27,381 nucleotides of DNA. Source: a virus (lineage: Duplodnaviria > Caudoviricetes). Under the pieces are notes generated by a model. It had not been told where the DNA came from. It worked only from the letters and a program-made list of their open reading frames with translations, and did not search any database. This document shows, piece after piece, positions 9,379 to 17,838 of this stretch (positions are counted from its first letter, which is position 1; each line of letters starts with the position of its first letter). The stretch is taken from IMG/VR virus record IMGVR_UViG_3300020044_004660, positions 1 to 27,381 of that record. One strand, 5' to 3'. The translations under genes and the position numbers were made by a program.

Positions 9379-10263
9379 TTAGTCGTCAAAGTTCAAGTCA
9401 TCTAGATTCAGATCGACAGTAACCTCAGGTTCAACCACTTTGGGTTCAGGCTTGGGCTCAGCTTTAGCTTTTGGTTTAGGTTCAGCTTTTGGCTTCTCTA
9501 CCACAGCAATAGGCTTGTCCAAGGCGGCAACAGTATCGTCAACTGCAACGACACCAGTACCAAGAATAGACGCAACTACCTCAGTATCTACCACTGCCCT
9601 GACCTCATTGTAGGCGGCTTCGGGCAAATAACCCATAGCCTTGAACGTCAGTTTTGGCGTAGCGGCTTCGGCTTCAAAAGCAATCTTAGTAACCACTTGC
9701 GAATAGTGTAAGTTGCGTTTTTGCAACGCTGCGGCATACTCACTCAGTGCCTTGATAGAGGCAGGCGGAACCCGTAATAAGTACGGGTCGTTGATTAACC
9801 CAGCGGCTGCAATAGCCAAACGCTTAGAGTCTTGGCAGGCTTTACCCTTACCGCCATTGTCACCAATCTTGCTACCCCATTGATTGTGGGCACAAGTAGA
9901 ACACTGCTTGGACTGAGGGTTCTTGGAGTTGTCTTCAGGCTTAACGCCTTCGTTACTGTAGCAGTCAGGCTTCTGATCTTCGCCACCTTCTTGGTAGCCC
10001 TTGGCGTAGTACACCTTAGACACACCTTTGTTGCCTTTAAGCAATACCACTTCAATAGCTGTTGCGGGACTATCGGGGTCTTTAGGGTTCATCATGGTTG
10101 TGCGGTCACCACCACGCACAATGGCAAATATCTTGCCTTTGATGGAGACTACGGGAAAACCCGTACTAACGGTTGATATCAAATCACCGTTTAAGTTCTC
10201 CACGTTTTGATTTTTTAAGTATGCAGGCAGGTTGCCAGATTCAAATGGAATGATTTCGCTCAT
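9379..10263 (-). CDS. Putative single-stranded DNA-binding/annealing protein with a Cys4 (Zn) site
   Basis: PDCYS...CSTCAHNQWGS...GKGKAC...LLRVPPAS; Pro/Lys/Glu linker and acidic tail DLNLDDLNFDD typical of SSBs; lies in the replication module. Confidence 0.65.
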   Translation of the reverse strand: MSEIIPFESGNLPAYLKNQNVENLNGDLISTVSTGFPVVSIKGKIFAIVRGGDRTTMMNPKDPDSPATAIEVVLLKGNKGVSKVYYAKGYQEGGEDQKPDCYSNEGVKPEDNSKNPQSKQCSTCAHNQWGSKIGDNGGKGKACQDSKRLAIAAAGLINDPYLLRVPPASIKALSEYAAALQKRNLHYSQVVTKIAFEAEAATPKLTFKAMGYLPEAAYNEVRAVVDTEVVASILGTGVVAVDDTVAALDKPIAVVEKPKAEPKPKAKAEPKPEPKVVEPEVTVDLNLDDLNFDD

Positions 10264-10282
10264 GTGTTTACTCCGTTAAAAA

Positions 10283-10663
10283 TTATGATCTTCGAATGTT
10301 GACTGTCTTCTCAACACGCCAGTCAATACCTGGGGGTAAGACTTCGTGTTCGTCTTTATATTGCTCAACTGCGGATTGCGCCACACGTTTTTGCAACATA
10401 TGCCATGCGTCATTCTGTTTACAGAATGTGATGAACGCATCGGGGTCTGCAATGGATGCAGTAGTTTTTGTGGATGTGTACGCGGTACCAAATTCAGTAC
10501 GTACAGAATCCATGCCTGTAGTCTCAAATGTTTTGAGCAAGGCTGCTTCAATCTTGTCTAGTACCTCATCGACCTTGGCTATCTTGCCATCGTACTCAGC
10601 TTTCATCTGAGCTTTTTTGTCGCGTATTTCTACGTATTTTGCTACCAACTCTGATATTTTCAT
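10283..10663 (-). CDS. Conserved phage replication-module protein (coiled-coil N-terminus; loosely Gam-like)
   Basis: 126 aa; AGGA RBS; helical N-terminus followed by SVRTEFGT...LQKRVAQ...LPPG. Confidence 0.65.
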   Translation of the reverse strand: MKISELVAKYVEIRDKKAQMKAEYDGKIAKVDEVLDKIEAALLKTFETTGMDSVRTEFGTAYTSTKTTASIADPDAFITFCKQNDAWHMLQKRVAQSAVEQYKDEHEVLPPGIDWRVEKTVNIRRS

Positions 10664-10720
10664 GTTTGTCCTAAGGGGGTATTAGCTTACTCTTTTTTAT
10701 TGTGTTTGGTCTAAGTGTTT

Positions 10721-12286
10721 TCACTCATCTGTATCAATTCCTTTCATTATTTCAAGTAGTGCACCTTGCAGTTTTTGCTTGGTACGTAGGCGGGTATAAA
10801 TGCGTCTTTCAATATCTGAACATGCAATGTGAGCGATCACTGTCGTCCTAGTCTGCCCAGGTCGTCGCACTCGTGCGCAAGCCTGTTCATAGATATCGTT
10901 GCTGTGGATAGGAGCAAACCAAATGATGTTGGTTGCCGCTGTAAGTGTCAGTCCATGAGACATGGTCGCAGGGTTCGCCACCAGTACTCTAAGGTTTGAA
11001 CCGTTTTGAAATTCACCAAATATTTGATCTCGCTCGGCTTTGCTTGTACCGCCATGAACTGCCGCCACTGTCCAATCAGTTGACAGCTCTCGCATCAGAT
11101 GTTCTAGAACTCCAGTCAACGGAACAAACACAATGACCTTGCCTTCTGAACCCTCGATTAACTCTTTAAGTACATCGATGCGTGGCTTGTTTGGGATGAA
11201 GATGTGTCCGCCGTCTTTACCGTAGGCAACTCCGCAAGCAATCTGAACAAGCTTGTTGGCTTTAACTGCTTCGTTGACAGCAAGGACCTCACCGCCTTCG
11301 TATTCAGTTATCAGCTTCTCAAGCATGCTTTTGTAGGCTACCTTCTGCTCATCCGTCATCTCCACATCTCGGTTGATGAACGTCTGCTCGGGCAAATCAA
11401 TACAGTCGTCCAAAGCAAACCGAACTGCGGGTTGCATGATTTTCTTAACTGTATCTACTGCGTCCGCACGTGGCACCCATTTGAACTGCGTAATCTGCTT
11501 CATGACTGAGTCGCGGAACTGACCGAAGTATTTGGGTACATCGGGGTTGGTTGGACATACGATTCGGCATTGAGCCCATGCGTCTGTAGGTTCGTGTGGT
11601 GTGGGTGCACCAGTCAAAGCCCATATACGTCTGTGCGTCTGCTTATTACATATGCTGTTTAGAATCTTCCAACGCTCTGTACTGGCGTTTCGGAACATCG
11701 CAATCTCATCAACAATAATTAAATTAATGTCAGGTCTCTCGGCTAACTCGTCCTGAATCGTTCTAATACCATCGGTATTAATAATGTAGATATCAGAGGG
11801 TTGAGCCAACAGTTTCTTGCGACGCTCGCGTGAGCCATACACAACAGTGGTATCTAAATGAGGGAACGTCTTGAATATTTCGTCCGCCCATGTGCGCTCC
11901 ATTGTGGAGAGTGGGCAGATAACCAATGCTCTGTTGATGAGCTTAGCATCACGCATGTAGTCATACGCCCATAATGACGTAACTGTTTTACCCAAGCCCA
12001 TGCTGTTCAAACAGAACGCACGTTCATTCATGGATAGAAAGTTTGCAGTCTCGATCTGTGCCGCAAAAGGTTTGAAACGGCCCGGCCACTTATAGTAATA
12101 AGTCATCGGGTCAGGCGGATTAAAGCCTAAGTTTCTCAGCACCTTAACTTCATCAGGTCTGTGTGGAACAGCCACTAGTGTCTGCCCATTATGCGTTACC
12201 GACTTTGCTGTCGGTATCGGTATTGTCACTCTCGTTGGATGTTTTAGTTTGAGGATCAGCGCCCTCTTGTCTTGTCTAACTAGCAT
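10721..12286 (-). CDS. SNF2-family (SF2) DNA helicase
   Basis: SMGLGKT (motif I), LVICPLS (Ia), IIVDE (II), LTGAP (III), HGLTLTAA (V), QACARVRRPGQ (VI). Confidence 0.92.
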   Translation of the reverse strand: MLVRQDKRALILKLKHPTRVTIPIPTAKSVTHNGQTLVAVPHRPDEVKVLRNLGFNPPDPMTYYYKWPGRFKPFAAQIETANFLSMNERAFCLNSMGLGKTVTSLWAYDYMRDAKLINRALVICPLSTMERTWADEIFKTFPHLDTTVVYGSRERRKKLLAQPSDIYIINTDGIRTIQDELAERPDINLIIVDEIAMFRNASTERWKILNSICNKQTHRRIWALTGAPTPHEPTDAWAQCRIVCPTNPDVPKYFGQFRDSVMKQITQFKWVPRADAVDTVKKIMQPAVRFALDDCIDLPEQTFINRDVEMTDEQKVAYKSMLEKLITEYEGGEVLAVNEAVKANKLVQIACGVAYGKDGGHIFIPNKPRIDVLKELIEGSEGKVIVFVPLTGVLEHLMRELSTDWTVAAVHGGTSKAERDQIFGEFQNGSNLRVLVANPATMSHGLTLTAATNIIWFAPIHSNDIYEQACARVRRPGQTRTTVIAHIACSDIERRIYTRLRTKQKLQGALLEIMKGIDTDE

Positions 12287-12550
12287 TTATTTTCCATATG
12301 CACTTCCATTGCTTCCTCTCCAGCCACGGTTCTTTTCTTTATCAACCACACGCAAGTTTGACTTGTCGTTTGTGCCTTTACCATCAAGCATCTTCTTGTG
12401 GTCTACGTCTTTACCATCGCCCTTTTTTACCTTGCCATCACGTGCCATTTCAGCACGTGCTTTGTTACGCATCTCGCGTTTGTCTACTTGCTCGGGACGT
12501 GCGTTGTACGCCTTGTCATAGGCCGCTTTAGTTGGTCCGCCTTTGTTCAT
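12287..12550 (-). CDS. Small HNH endonuclease
   Basis: DGKDVDHKKML..KGTNDKSNLRVV...NRG; its stop abuts the helicase ATG. Confidence 0.8.
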   Translation of the reverse strand: MNKGGPTKAAYDKAYNARPEQVDKREMRNKARAEMARDGKVKKGDGKDVDHKKMLDGKGTNDKSNLRVVDKEKNRGWRGSNGSAYGK

Positions 12551-12839
12551 CTTTCACCTCCAAAAAATCAATAAGTTGTTGAACATCATCTACCACGATA
12601 GACCATCCACCGTGGGCAAAGATAGCTTCTAATGTACGATCTTGGTTTGCAGTTGTACATCCCCTCTTCCCAGGGGCCTTGGTCTCTACACCAATAAACT
12701 GGCCACGATCGCAGCAGATAAAGTCAGGGATGCCGACAACACCCATACCGTTCTGCATGGGCATAAAGAACCAAATGTTTCGGTTCTTCAGTTCTTTTTT
12801 TACTGCGTCCTTGACGCGACCTTCAGGAGTCTGTGCCAT
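12528..12839 (-). CDS. VRR-NUC domain nuclease (putative Holliday junction resolvase)
   Basis: TPEGRVK...GIPDFIC...FIGVETKAPG...T.NQ. Start moved to ATG 12839, which forms a TGATG overlap with the upstream small ORF. Confidence 0.85.
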   Translation of the reverse strand: MAQTPEGRVKDAVKKELKNRNIWFFMPMQNGMGVVGIPDFICCDRGQFIGVETKAPGKRGCTTANQDRTLEAIFAHGGWSIVVDDVQQLIDFLEVKDEQRRTN

Positions 12840-12982
12840 CAGAGAATCTCGTATGCAACAATCAACCATCCGTCATGACCTGCAATGATTTCGCTAATAG
12901 TCCAACCGCTAGCAACCAATTCTTCTGCAGCCTCGACAGCACTATGGCCTGATTTAACAAATTTAAATGTAAAGTCTTTCAT
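12839..12982 (-). CDS. Small hypothetical protein, 47 aa (not in ORF track)
   Basis: MKDFTFKFVKSGHSAVEAAEELVASGWTISEIIAGHDGWLIVAYEIL; ATGA overlap with the nuclease stop and TGATG overlap with the VRR-NUC start. Confidence 0.75.
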   Translation of the reverse strand: MKDFTFKFVKSGHSAVEAAEELVASGWTISEIIAGHDGWLIVAYEIL

Positions 12983-13632
12983 CGTTTATCCTTGTAGAAT
13001 TCACACGTTCTAACTGGACACCACCCTTTACATAACCCTGAAGGTCGTGCAGGCCAAGCATCCCGCTCGTAAGCCGATTCCAACTTACGCACTTTCGGAA
13101 TGAATGTTTGCCAAATGATAGGTACTTGGTCACGCGTAAACGTTTCCTTGTCTATCTTCTTGTCACGCATCCACACGAATCCAGTCACTACTGTATTTAC
13201 TTGTGGGTATATCGCAAAGGTATATCCCGCATACAGCATCAGTTGATGGGTCAGCTTTCGCTTACCTGTTTTGTAATCAAGATTGACAGCCTTGTCACCG
13301 TTAACAATAAGCAAGTCAGCGATGCCTCGAGTCCAAGCCTTACCCCATGGAGCAGGTTGGAAATTCTCATCTAATGCCATCTCAACTTCACAAAACTTTT
13401 CACCCGCCATGTTTGCTATCTTGGTAGCCAAGCCTTCCCACTGAGCCATCCCCTCTGGTAAAGCCGTGCCATCTTTGATACGATATTCCATAGCTTCATG
13501 CACCCGCCCACCCCACAGCGTGGCTTCCGTGGGAGGCTCTACTATGTCTCGTTTAACACGCACATGGTAAAACTGCCTAGGGCAAGTTTCGAACTTCTCA
13601 AGCTGACTGTATGTCCAAGCAGGTATTGTCAT
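12979..13632 (-). CDS. PD-(D/E)XK exonuclease, Cas4/RecB-like, with 1+3 Cys (possible Fe-S)
   Basis: YSQLEKFETCPRQF...GGRVHEAME...RGIADLL...LDYKTGK...QLMLY...LCKGWCPVRTC. Confidence 0.88.
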   Translation of the reverse strand: MTIPAWTYSQLEKFETCPRQFYHVRVKRDIVEPPTEATLWGGRVHEAMEYRIKDGTALPEGMAQWEGLATKIANMAGEKFCEVEMALDENFQPAPWGKAWTRGIADLLIVNGDKAVNLDYKTGKRKLTHQLMLYAGYTFAIYPQVNTVVTGFVWMRDKKIDKETFTRDQVPIIWQTFIPKVRKLESAYERDAWPARPSGLCKGWCPVRTCEFYKDKR

Positions 13633-13666
13633 AGGGGTTGCGCCCGAGGGGTAAAAACCTCAGGTG

Positions 13667-13703
13667 ATGGTGTGTATGTTAGGGCATCCATAGCGTATGT
13701 CAA
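13667..13703 (-). promoter_or_regulatory. Sigma70-like promoter/operator TTGACA-N16-TAACAT-ACACACCAT
   Basis: -35 at 13698-13703 and -10 at 13676-13681. The same hexamer, spacing and 15-mer occur at 25999-26035 on the + strand. Confidence 0.75.
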
Positions 13704-13709
13704 GGGGTT

Positions 13710-15560
13710 TTATTTGGCATCTGCATAATTATTTCCAATGTCGCCTTCACACGACACTGGCAAGTTGGCGCACCACTTCGGAGGCACTGACATGGTCTCA
13801 GTCATGAACTCTAACGCCCAGCTGCTGGCGCTTTTAGGTACGACACAAACCACCTCGTCATGTACAGTTAAAGCAACTTTGTACCGACAGCCAGCCAGTG
13901 GGTTGTCGTTCTTGCGCATCTCAATATCGATCTTTGCCATCTGATCGAACACAACTATACGGGCCAGTGCTTGAACTACGTTCTCAACTACCTTACCACC
14001 GTATATCTTGACAGGACCATAGCGTCCCCTGTACTCGCATCCATCACCAGACTTACTCAGTTCAGGATAACGAATCATCGTGCCATTGGGTAAGTGAATG
14101 CCCTCGGGTGAACAGCGCAACTCGATACCAACACCGAATGTTGTCTCATAGCCCTGCGCCATTTTGTCCAATGCTTTTTGTGCATCCTTCCACAGTTCGG
14201 CAATCATGGCGTACTTGGTTCGGTATGTGGTTACAGTCTGCTTGGCTTCGCCTGCATTCATCTCAACTGAGATACCACCTTGACCAATTTTCAAAGTACC
14301 TTGGAACTTGTCAGCACCCATGCCGTAACCCAGACCAAGAATGCAAGTCTTGCCAACAAACCGTTCAACCTTGTCTGCTTTGGTAACAGGCTTGTCGTAC
14401 ACAATTGATGCAAACTTAGAATAAATATCCACACTGTTGCGGAAGTCAACAAGCAAGTCCTCTTGACCAGCTAACCACGCAACAACACGCGCTTCAATCT
14501 GTGCTGAGTCCACTGCAACAAGTACATGGTTGTCGGGTACTTTAATAGACCGCCTAAGTGCCCCACCTCTTGGCAAGTTCTGTAGGTTCATCTTGTCACC
14601 GCCCGATGCTCGGCCAGTGTGTGCGCCCCAGTAGTTTAAAAGAATCGGTAGTGCGCCACGCTCTGAGATGCCCAAGAATGATTCCGTTCGAGTTTCTTCT
14701 AGTGTGGATTTGATACCAAGCCTTGCCGCAACTACAGCTTGCACCGCAGTATTGGGATGCTCAAGTAACGCCTTGAACTCGTAGTCGGTCTTGCTAAACG
14801 CATATGCTTCTTTACTAGTACGTAGGCTTGTTTTTAAAGGCGGCTCAACGCCTAACTTTTTCAGCACCTCGGCAAACTGCGGGTTGGACATGAGTGCGTC
14901 TCTGCCAATGGACAAGTCAATACGCTCCATCAACTTGGCTTTCTTGGTCTGTACACTGTTTAGGTGAGCAATCAATACATCTCTGTCCAACTCAAGCACT
15001 GGGTCTGTGTACATGCGCAGCATCAGGTCCTGTATGTATAACTCTTTAGCAGGGTTGTCTTTCTTGAGGATATGAAACAAGGTCCAAGTAAGTTCTACAT
15101 CGTTGTTGCAGTAGTCACCGTACTTGTCAAGGTCCCCAGGGGTAAAATCACTTCGCCTTTTACCAAGCGCGTTTACTACCTCAGTACCTTTGTGCCCATC
15201 AGTAAATTTCTCAGCCAGTGCTTTGAGTGAACCACCGACAGTCAAGCCTGTGATAGGTCGAGACATAGACAACGTATCTAAATAGTACTTAGGTATGATG
15301 CCAAACCGCCAAGCAAGGATGGCTCCATCAAATGCCATGTTGTGACAGATCAAGTAGTGGTTAGGGATATCCAGTTCTTCCAGTGCCATTGCTATTTCAC
15401 CGTTGGAACCAGTTACCCACTGTGCAGGCGAATCGTCAACCTTGTATGAGAAGCCAATGACTTCAAATTGCGGGTCTCGGATGTATGCCTCGGTCGTCAT
15501 CTTGGACAGACTAAACTCTTTTGAGTAGTAAGTCTCAAAGTCCAGAGTGATGTAACTCAT
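13710..15560 (-). CDS. polA: DNA polymerase, family A, with 3'-5' exonuclease domain
   Basis: Exo I LDFETYY, HNMAFD, YCNNDV; HTGRASG...NLQNLP; motif A DSAQIEAR; motif B RFVGKTCILGLGYG; motif C VHDE. Start moved to ATG 15560 (ATGA overlap). Confidence 0.95.
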   Translation of the reverse strand: MSYITLDFETYYSKEFSLSKMTTEAYIRDPQFEVIGFSYKVDDSPAQWVTGSNGEIAMALEELDIPNHYLICHNMAFDGAILAWRFGIIPKYYLDTLSMSRPITGLTVGGSLKALAEKFTDGHKGTEVVNALGKRRSDFTPGDLDKYGDYCNNDVELTWTLFHILKKDNPAKELYIQDLMLRMYTDPVLELDRDVLIAHLNSVQTKKAKLMERIDLSIGRDALMSNPQFAEVLKKLGVEPPLKTSLRTSKEAYAFSKTDYEFKALLEHPNTAVQAVVAARLGIKSTLEETRTESFLGISERGALPILLNYWGAHTGRASGGDKMNLQNLPRGGALRRSIKVPDNHVLVAVDSAQIEARVVAWLAGQEDLLVDFRNSVDIYSKFASIVYDKPVTKADKVERFVGKTCILGLGYGMGADKFQGTLKIGQGGISVEMNAGEAKQTVTTYRTKYAMIAELWKDAQKALDKMAQGYETTFGVGIELRCSPEGIHLPNGTMIRYPELSKSGDGCEYRGRYGPVKIYGGKVVENVVQALARIVVFDQMAKIDIEMRKNDNPLAGCRYKVALTVHDEVVCVVPKSASSWALEFMTETMSVPPKWCANLPVSCEGDIGNNYADAK

Positions 15561-15736
15561 CTTAAGTTCCTGACTGTTGCGCGCTTTGTCCAACAGGGTG
15601 CGCAGTACCATTTGGATGAGCTCATCTGAATCCCGCCTTCAGGCGGTTTTGTTTGCTCACACTTGTTACACAGCTTGAGTTGGTGCAAGGGTTGCTTAGC
15701 CCCTATATCTAATTGTTGTTTAGCGAATCCGTTCAC
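15557..15736 (-). CDS. Small zinc-finger protein (59 aa)
   Basis: CNKC...WYCAPCW; GTG start at 15736 preceded by GAAGGAG. Confidence 0.7.
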   Translation of the reverse strand: MNGFAKQQLDIGAKQPLHQLKLCNKCEQTKPPEGGIQMSSSKWYCAPCWTKRATVRNLR

Positions 15737-15983
15737 GTGATCTCCTTCCAGTATGCTCAGGTTTAGGGCAGTCTTCAGGTACGTCAACAACTACCCAAAT
15801 TGCCGCTAAGTTGTTTCGATATGATGCGTTTTCCCATCGATCGATGTATACGCCAAAAACACTCTCCAATGATTTGTTGACAGAACGATTGTCTATGCCA
15901 GTTAGCCGAGATATTTCGCTTGACTTCAAACCATCGGGGTGCTTTTGGAGTAATGCACGAATGATGTTGTGATTACTCTTCAC
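15720..15983 (-). CDS. Putative winged-HTH DNA-binding protein (87 aa)
   Basis: IRALLQKHPDGLKSSEISRLTGIDNRSVNKSL pattern; GTGA overlap with the upstream peptide. Confidence 0.65.
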   Translation of the reverse strand: MKSNHNIIRALLQKHPDGLKSSEISRLTGIDNRSVNKSLESVFGVYIDRWENASYRNNLAAIWVVVDVPEDCPKPEHTGRRSRERIR

Positions 15984-16072
15984 AGTGGTGAATCCTCTTC
16001 ATTCTCAGGATTGAAAGGTAGTTTGTCCAATGGCTCATGTTCATGTGGCTTAGTGGGGAAAGGCCACGTCAT
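15980..16072 (-). CDS. 30-aa Pro-rich peptide (not in ORF track)
   Basis: MTWPFPTKPHEHEPLDKLPFNPENEEDSPL; 4-nt start/stop overlaps at both ends. Confidence 0.7.
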   Translation of the reverse strand: MTWPFPTKPHEHEPLDKLPFNPENEEDSPL

Positions 16073-16629
16073 GCTTCAAACACCTTCTTGAGTTCCAAGT
16101 ACACGGCTTTAGCCATGCCAACAGACATTGAGTTAACAAGCTGTTCAGCACTTGAATTACTTGATAGTGAAGTCGATGGGATTGGCAGCGCTGCAGTTGC
16201 TTGAGCTTTCTTTTCGGCTTGAGCTTTCTTCTTTGCTTGGTATTTAGCGCTGTACTCTAACTGCTTTGCTCGCTTAATCCTGTATTCAGCACGAGCAATA
16301 TGTGCCTTGGCAAGTGCCTCCTGTCGATTGAACGCAGGGTACGAGTCTCCAACTGCTTGGTATACAAATTTTCCGTTTGCATTTTTGCTACGGCTAAGCA
16401 CACCACGGTCTAGCATCTGTTTGAGTCGAGTAGAGATGCCAGTCATGTCTCCACTGTTTACCAGTGAAGCAAGTTCCACGCTGGTTTTGTTCGGGTACGC
16501 TTTAATCGTGTCCCAAATCAGTTTACTGACGTTGACTTTGTCAGGCGTGATAGGTGCTGGCTCACTGCCTACATCATCATCAAATGTTAAGTTGTCTAGT
16601 TTCATAAGTTCAGTTTTTAAGTCGGGCAT
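16069..16629 (-). CDS. Putative winged-HTH protein with basic helical C-terminal part (186 aa)
   Basis: IWDTIKAYPNKTSVELA...ISTRLKQMLDRGVLSR...FVYQA; AAGGAG RBS. Confidence 0.65.
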   Translation of the reverse strand: MPDLKTELMKLDNLTFDDDVGSEPAPITPDKVNVSKLIWDTIKAYPNKTSVELASLVNSGDMTGISTRLKQMLDRGVLSRSKNANGKFVYQAVGDSYPAFNRQEALAKAHIARAEYRIKRAKQLEYSAKYQAKKKAQAEKKAQATAALPIPSTSLSSNSSAEQLVNSMSVGMAKAVYLELKKVFEA

Positions 16630-16640
16630 GTAATTTCTCC

Positions 16641-16877
16641 TTAGTTGTTACGATCAATGTGCTCTAGTAAACGCTCAAGATAGTGTCGTGCTTTGAGTAC
16701 ATCTTTGACACCATCTTTATCCTTGTATCTAGCAATGTACTTAATGACGTTGCCTCGCAAGAATCCTTCAAATTCTTCTGCGCTCATCCACGATTGCATG
16801 GCTGTCCACGGTTGAATGTCTTTGCTTCGGTAGTGTTCACCACCGACTTGTGTTTCACTTGCTAGTGGTTTATTCAT
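16641..16877 (-). CDS. DUF3310 (SaV-like / T7 gp1.7 nucleotide kinase-like) protein
   Basis: QVGGEHY...IQPW...GFLRGNVIKYIARYKDKDGVKDVLKARHYL; start moved to ATG 16877. Confidence 0.8.
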   Translation of the reverse strand: MNKPLASETQVGGEHYRSKDIQPWTAMQSWMSAEEFEGFLRGNVIKYIARYKDKDGVKDVLKARHYLERLLEHIDRNN

Positions 16878-17064
16878 ATGATTTCCGTTTGGGGTCAAGG
16901 TCTAAGTGAATCATCAATTGGACAAGGCGGGATTCCATCCTTGCCAATCGTTTCTCAATAAGGGAAAGGCTGATCGAGTCGCTTGACTTGGGAGATTCCC
17001 TTCCACTTTTCCCCGAGGGCTTTGACCGAAAGAATCCACTGGCGTTGGTAATTGCGTTTAACAT
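16870..17064 (-). CDS. Hypothetical protein; 5' part overlaps 16955-17128, start uncertain
   Basis: The C-terminal helix IEKRLARMESRLVQLMIHLDLDP fills the gap 16870-16954 and overlaps the DUF3310 start. The N-terminal half is Ser-rich, as expected of an overprinted frame. Confidence 0.45.
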   Translation of the reverse strand: MLNAITNASGFFRSKPSGKSGRESPKSSDSISLSLIEKRLARMESRLVQLMIHLDLDPKRKSYE

Positions 17065-17128
17065 TTTTGGTTACTTCATATGATTTAAATGTGCTGATTG
17101 CTTTTCGTTTGAGTTGGTACTCTGTCAT
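16955..17128 (-). CDS. Small basic hypothetical protein, 57 aa (not in ORF track)
   Basis: MTEYQLKRKAISTFKSYEVTKNVKRNYQRQWILSVKALGEKWKGISQVKRLDQPFPY; ATGA overlap with the upstream stop and an AGGAG RBS. Confidence 0.75.
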   Translation of the reverse strand: MTEYQLKRKAISTFKSYEVTKNVKRNYQRQWILSVKALGEKWKGISQVKRLDQPFPY

Positions 17129-17769
17129 ACCTTAGCTCCTGCCATACGTGCACCGACTGCCGCTGCTACGGCATTGTCTGTGTCAATCTGTTTAAGAAAC
17201 TCTGATGCCTTGCTAATCTTCTCAGCAGTACGCTCAGACTTAACCAACATACGCTTCATGTAGGACTCAGGAATGTAGACACGTACATCGGGCCACAACT
17301 TAACTGCTTCGTTAAGTGATTTGCAGTTGTTCAAGAAGTCTTTGATCTGCCGTTGGATGGCTCTCCACTTCTTGTTGTTCTCGTGGTGCGCAACGTCACG
17401 TTGTACAATTTCTGCAATGATTGGATGCGTAGGAGGTACATCAAAGTGCGTTGTATAGCTTGATGTTTTAGGAGGTGCCGCAGTACCAATGGCAGTCTTG
17501 ATGTACACAGTAGACTTCAATTCAACGCCATCATGTTGGAACTTAGTGTTGGCACGAAGTTCTTTGTTATACACTTTCCAATCATCAGGAATAACATTCT
17601 TCAGATGGTAGTGATTGCCCCATATCAGGTGCTCAAGATCATCGGGCAATGTCTGATAGGTAATTTCATCAATTGGTTTTTGAATTAGATTTGCATCTGC
17701 CTCCTTCATGCGGTTAATCTTGTTTTCAACATCGTTAATAAGTGTTGCGCTAATAGCTACATAAGCCAT
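17125..17769 (-). CDS. Hypothetical protein, Nmad5-like (214 aa)
   Basis: C-terminal IKDFLNNCKSLNEAVKLWPDV resembles the Nmad5 signature (recall). Start moved to ATG 17769, with a GGAG RBS. Confidence 0.55.
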   Translation of the reverse strand: MAYVAISATLINDVENKINRMKEADANLIQKPIDEITYQTLPDDLEHLIWGNHYHLKNVIPDDWKVYNKELRANTKFQHDGVELKSTVYIKTAIGTAAPPKTSSYTTHFDVPPTHPIIAEIVQRDVAHHENNKKWRAIQRQIKDFLNNCKSLNEAVKLWPDVRVYIPESYMKRMLVKSERTAEKISKASEFLKQIDTDNAVAAAVGARMAGAKV

Positions 17770-17838
17770 GGTGTTGCTCCGTTTAGTTAGTAAGTTTAAG
17801 TCATTATCCGTGATAATCAATAGGGACAAACCCCAAGA

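Noticed and set aside
10664-10720. Possible promoter upstream of the 126-aa and SSB genes
   Set aside because: AT-rich gap with only weak -35/-10 matches (TAGACC-N18-TAAGCT); not supportable.
12287-12550. HNH gene as an intron-encoded homing endonuclease or mobile element
   Set aside because: The flanking genes are intact and directly coupled, leaving no room for intron structure.
12979-13632. Cas4-like nuclease as a sign of a CRISPR system
   Set aside because: No repeat-spacer array or other cas genes; solo Cas4/RecB-like nucleases are routine in phage replication modules.
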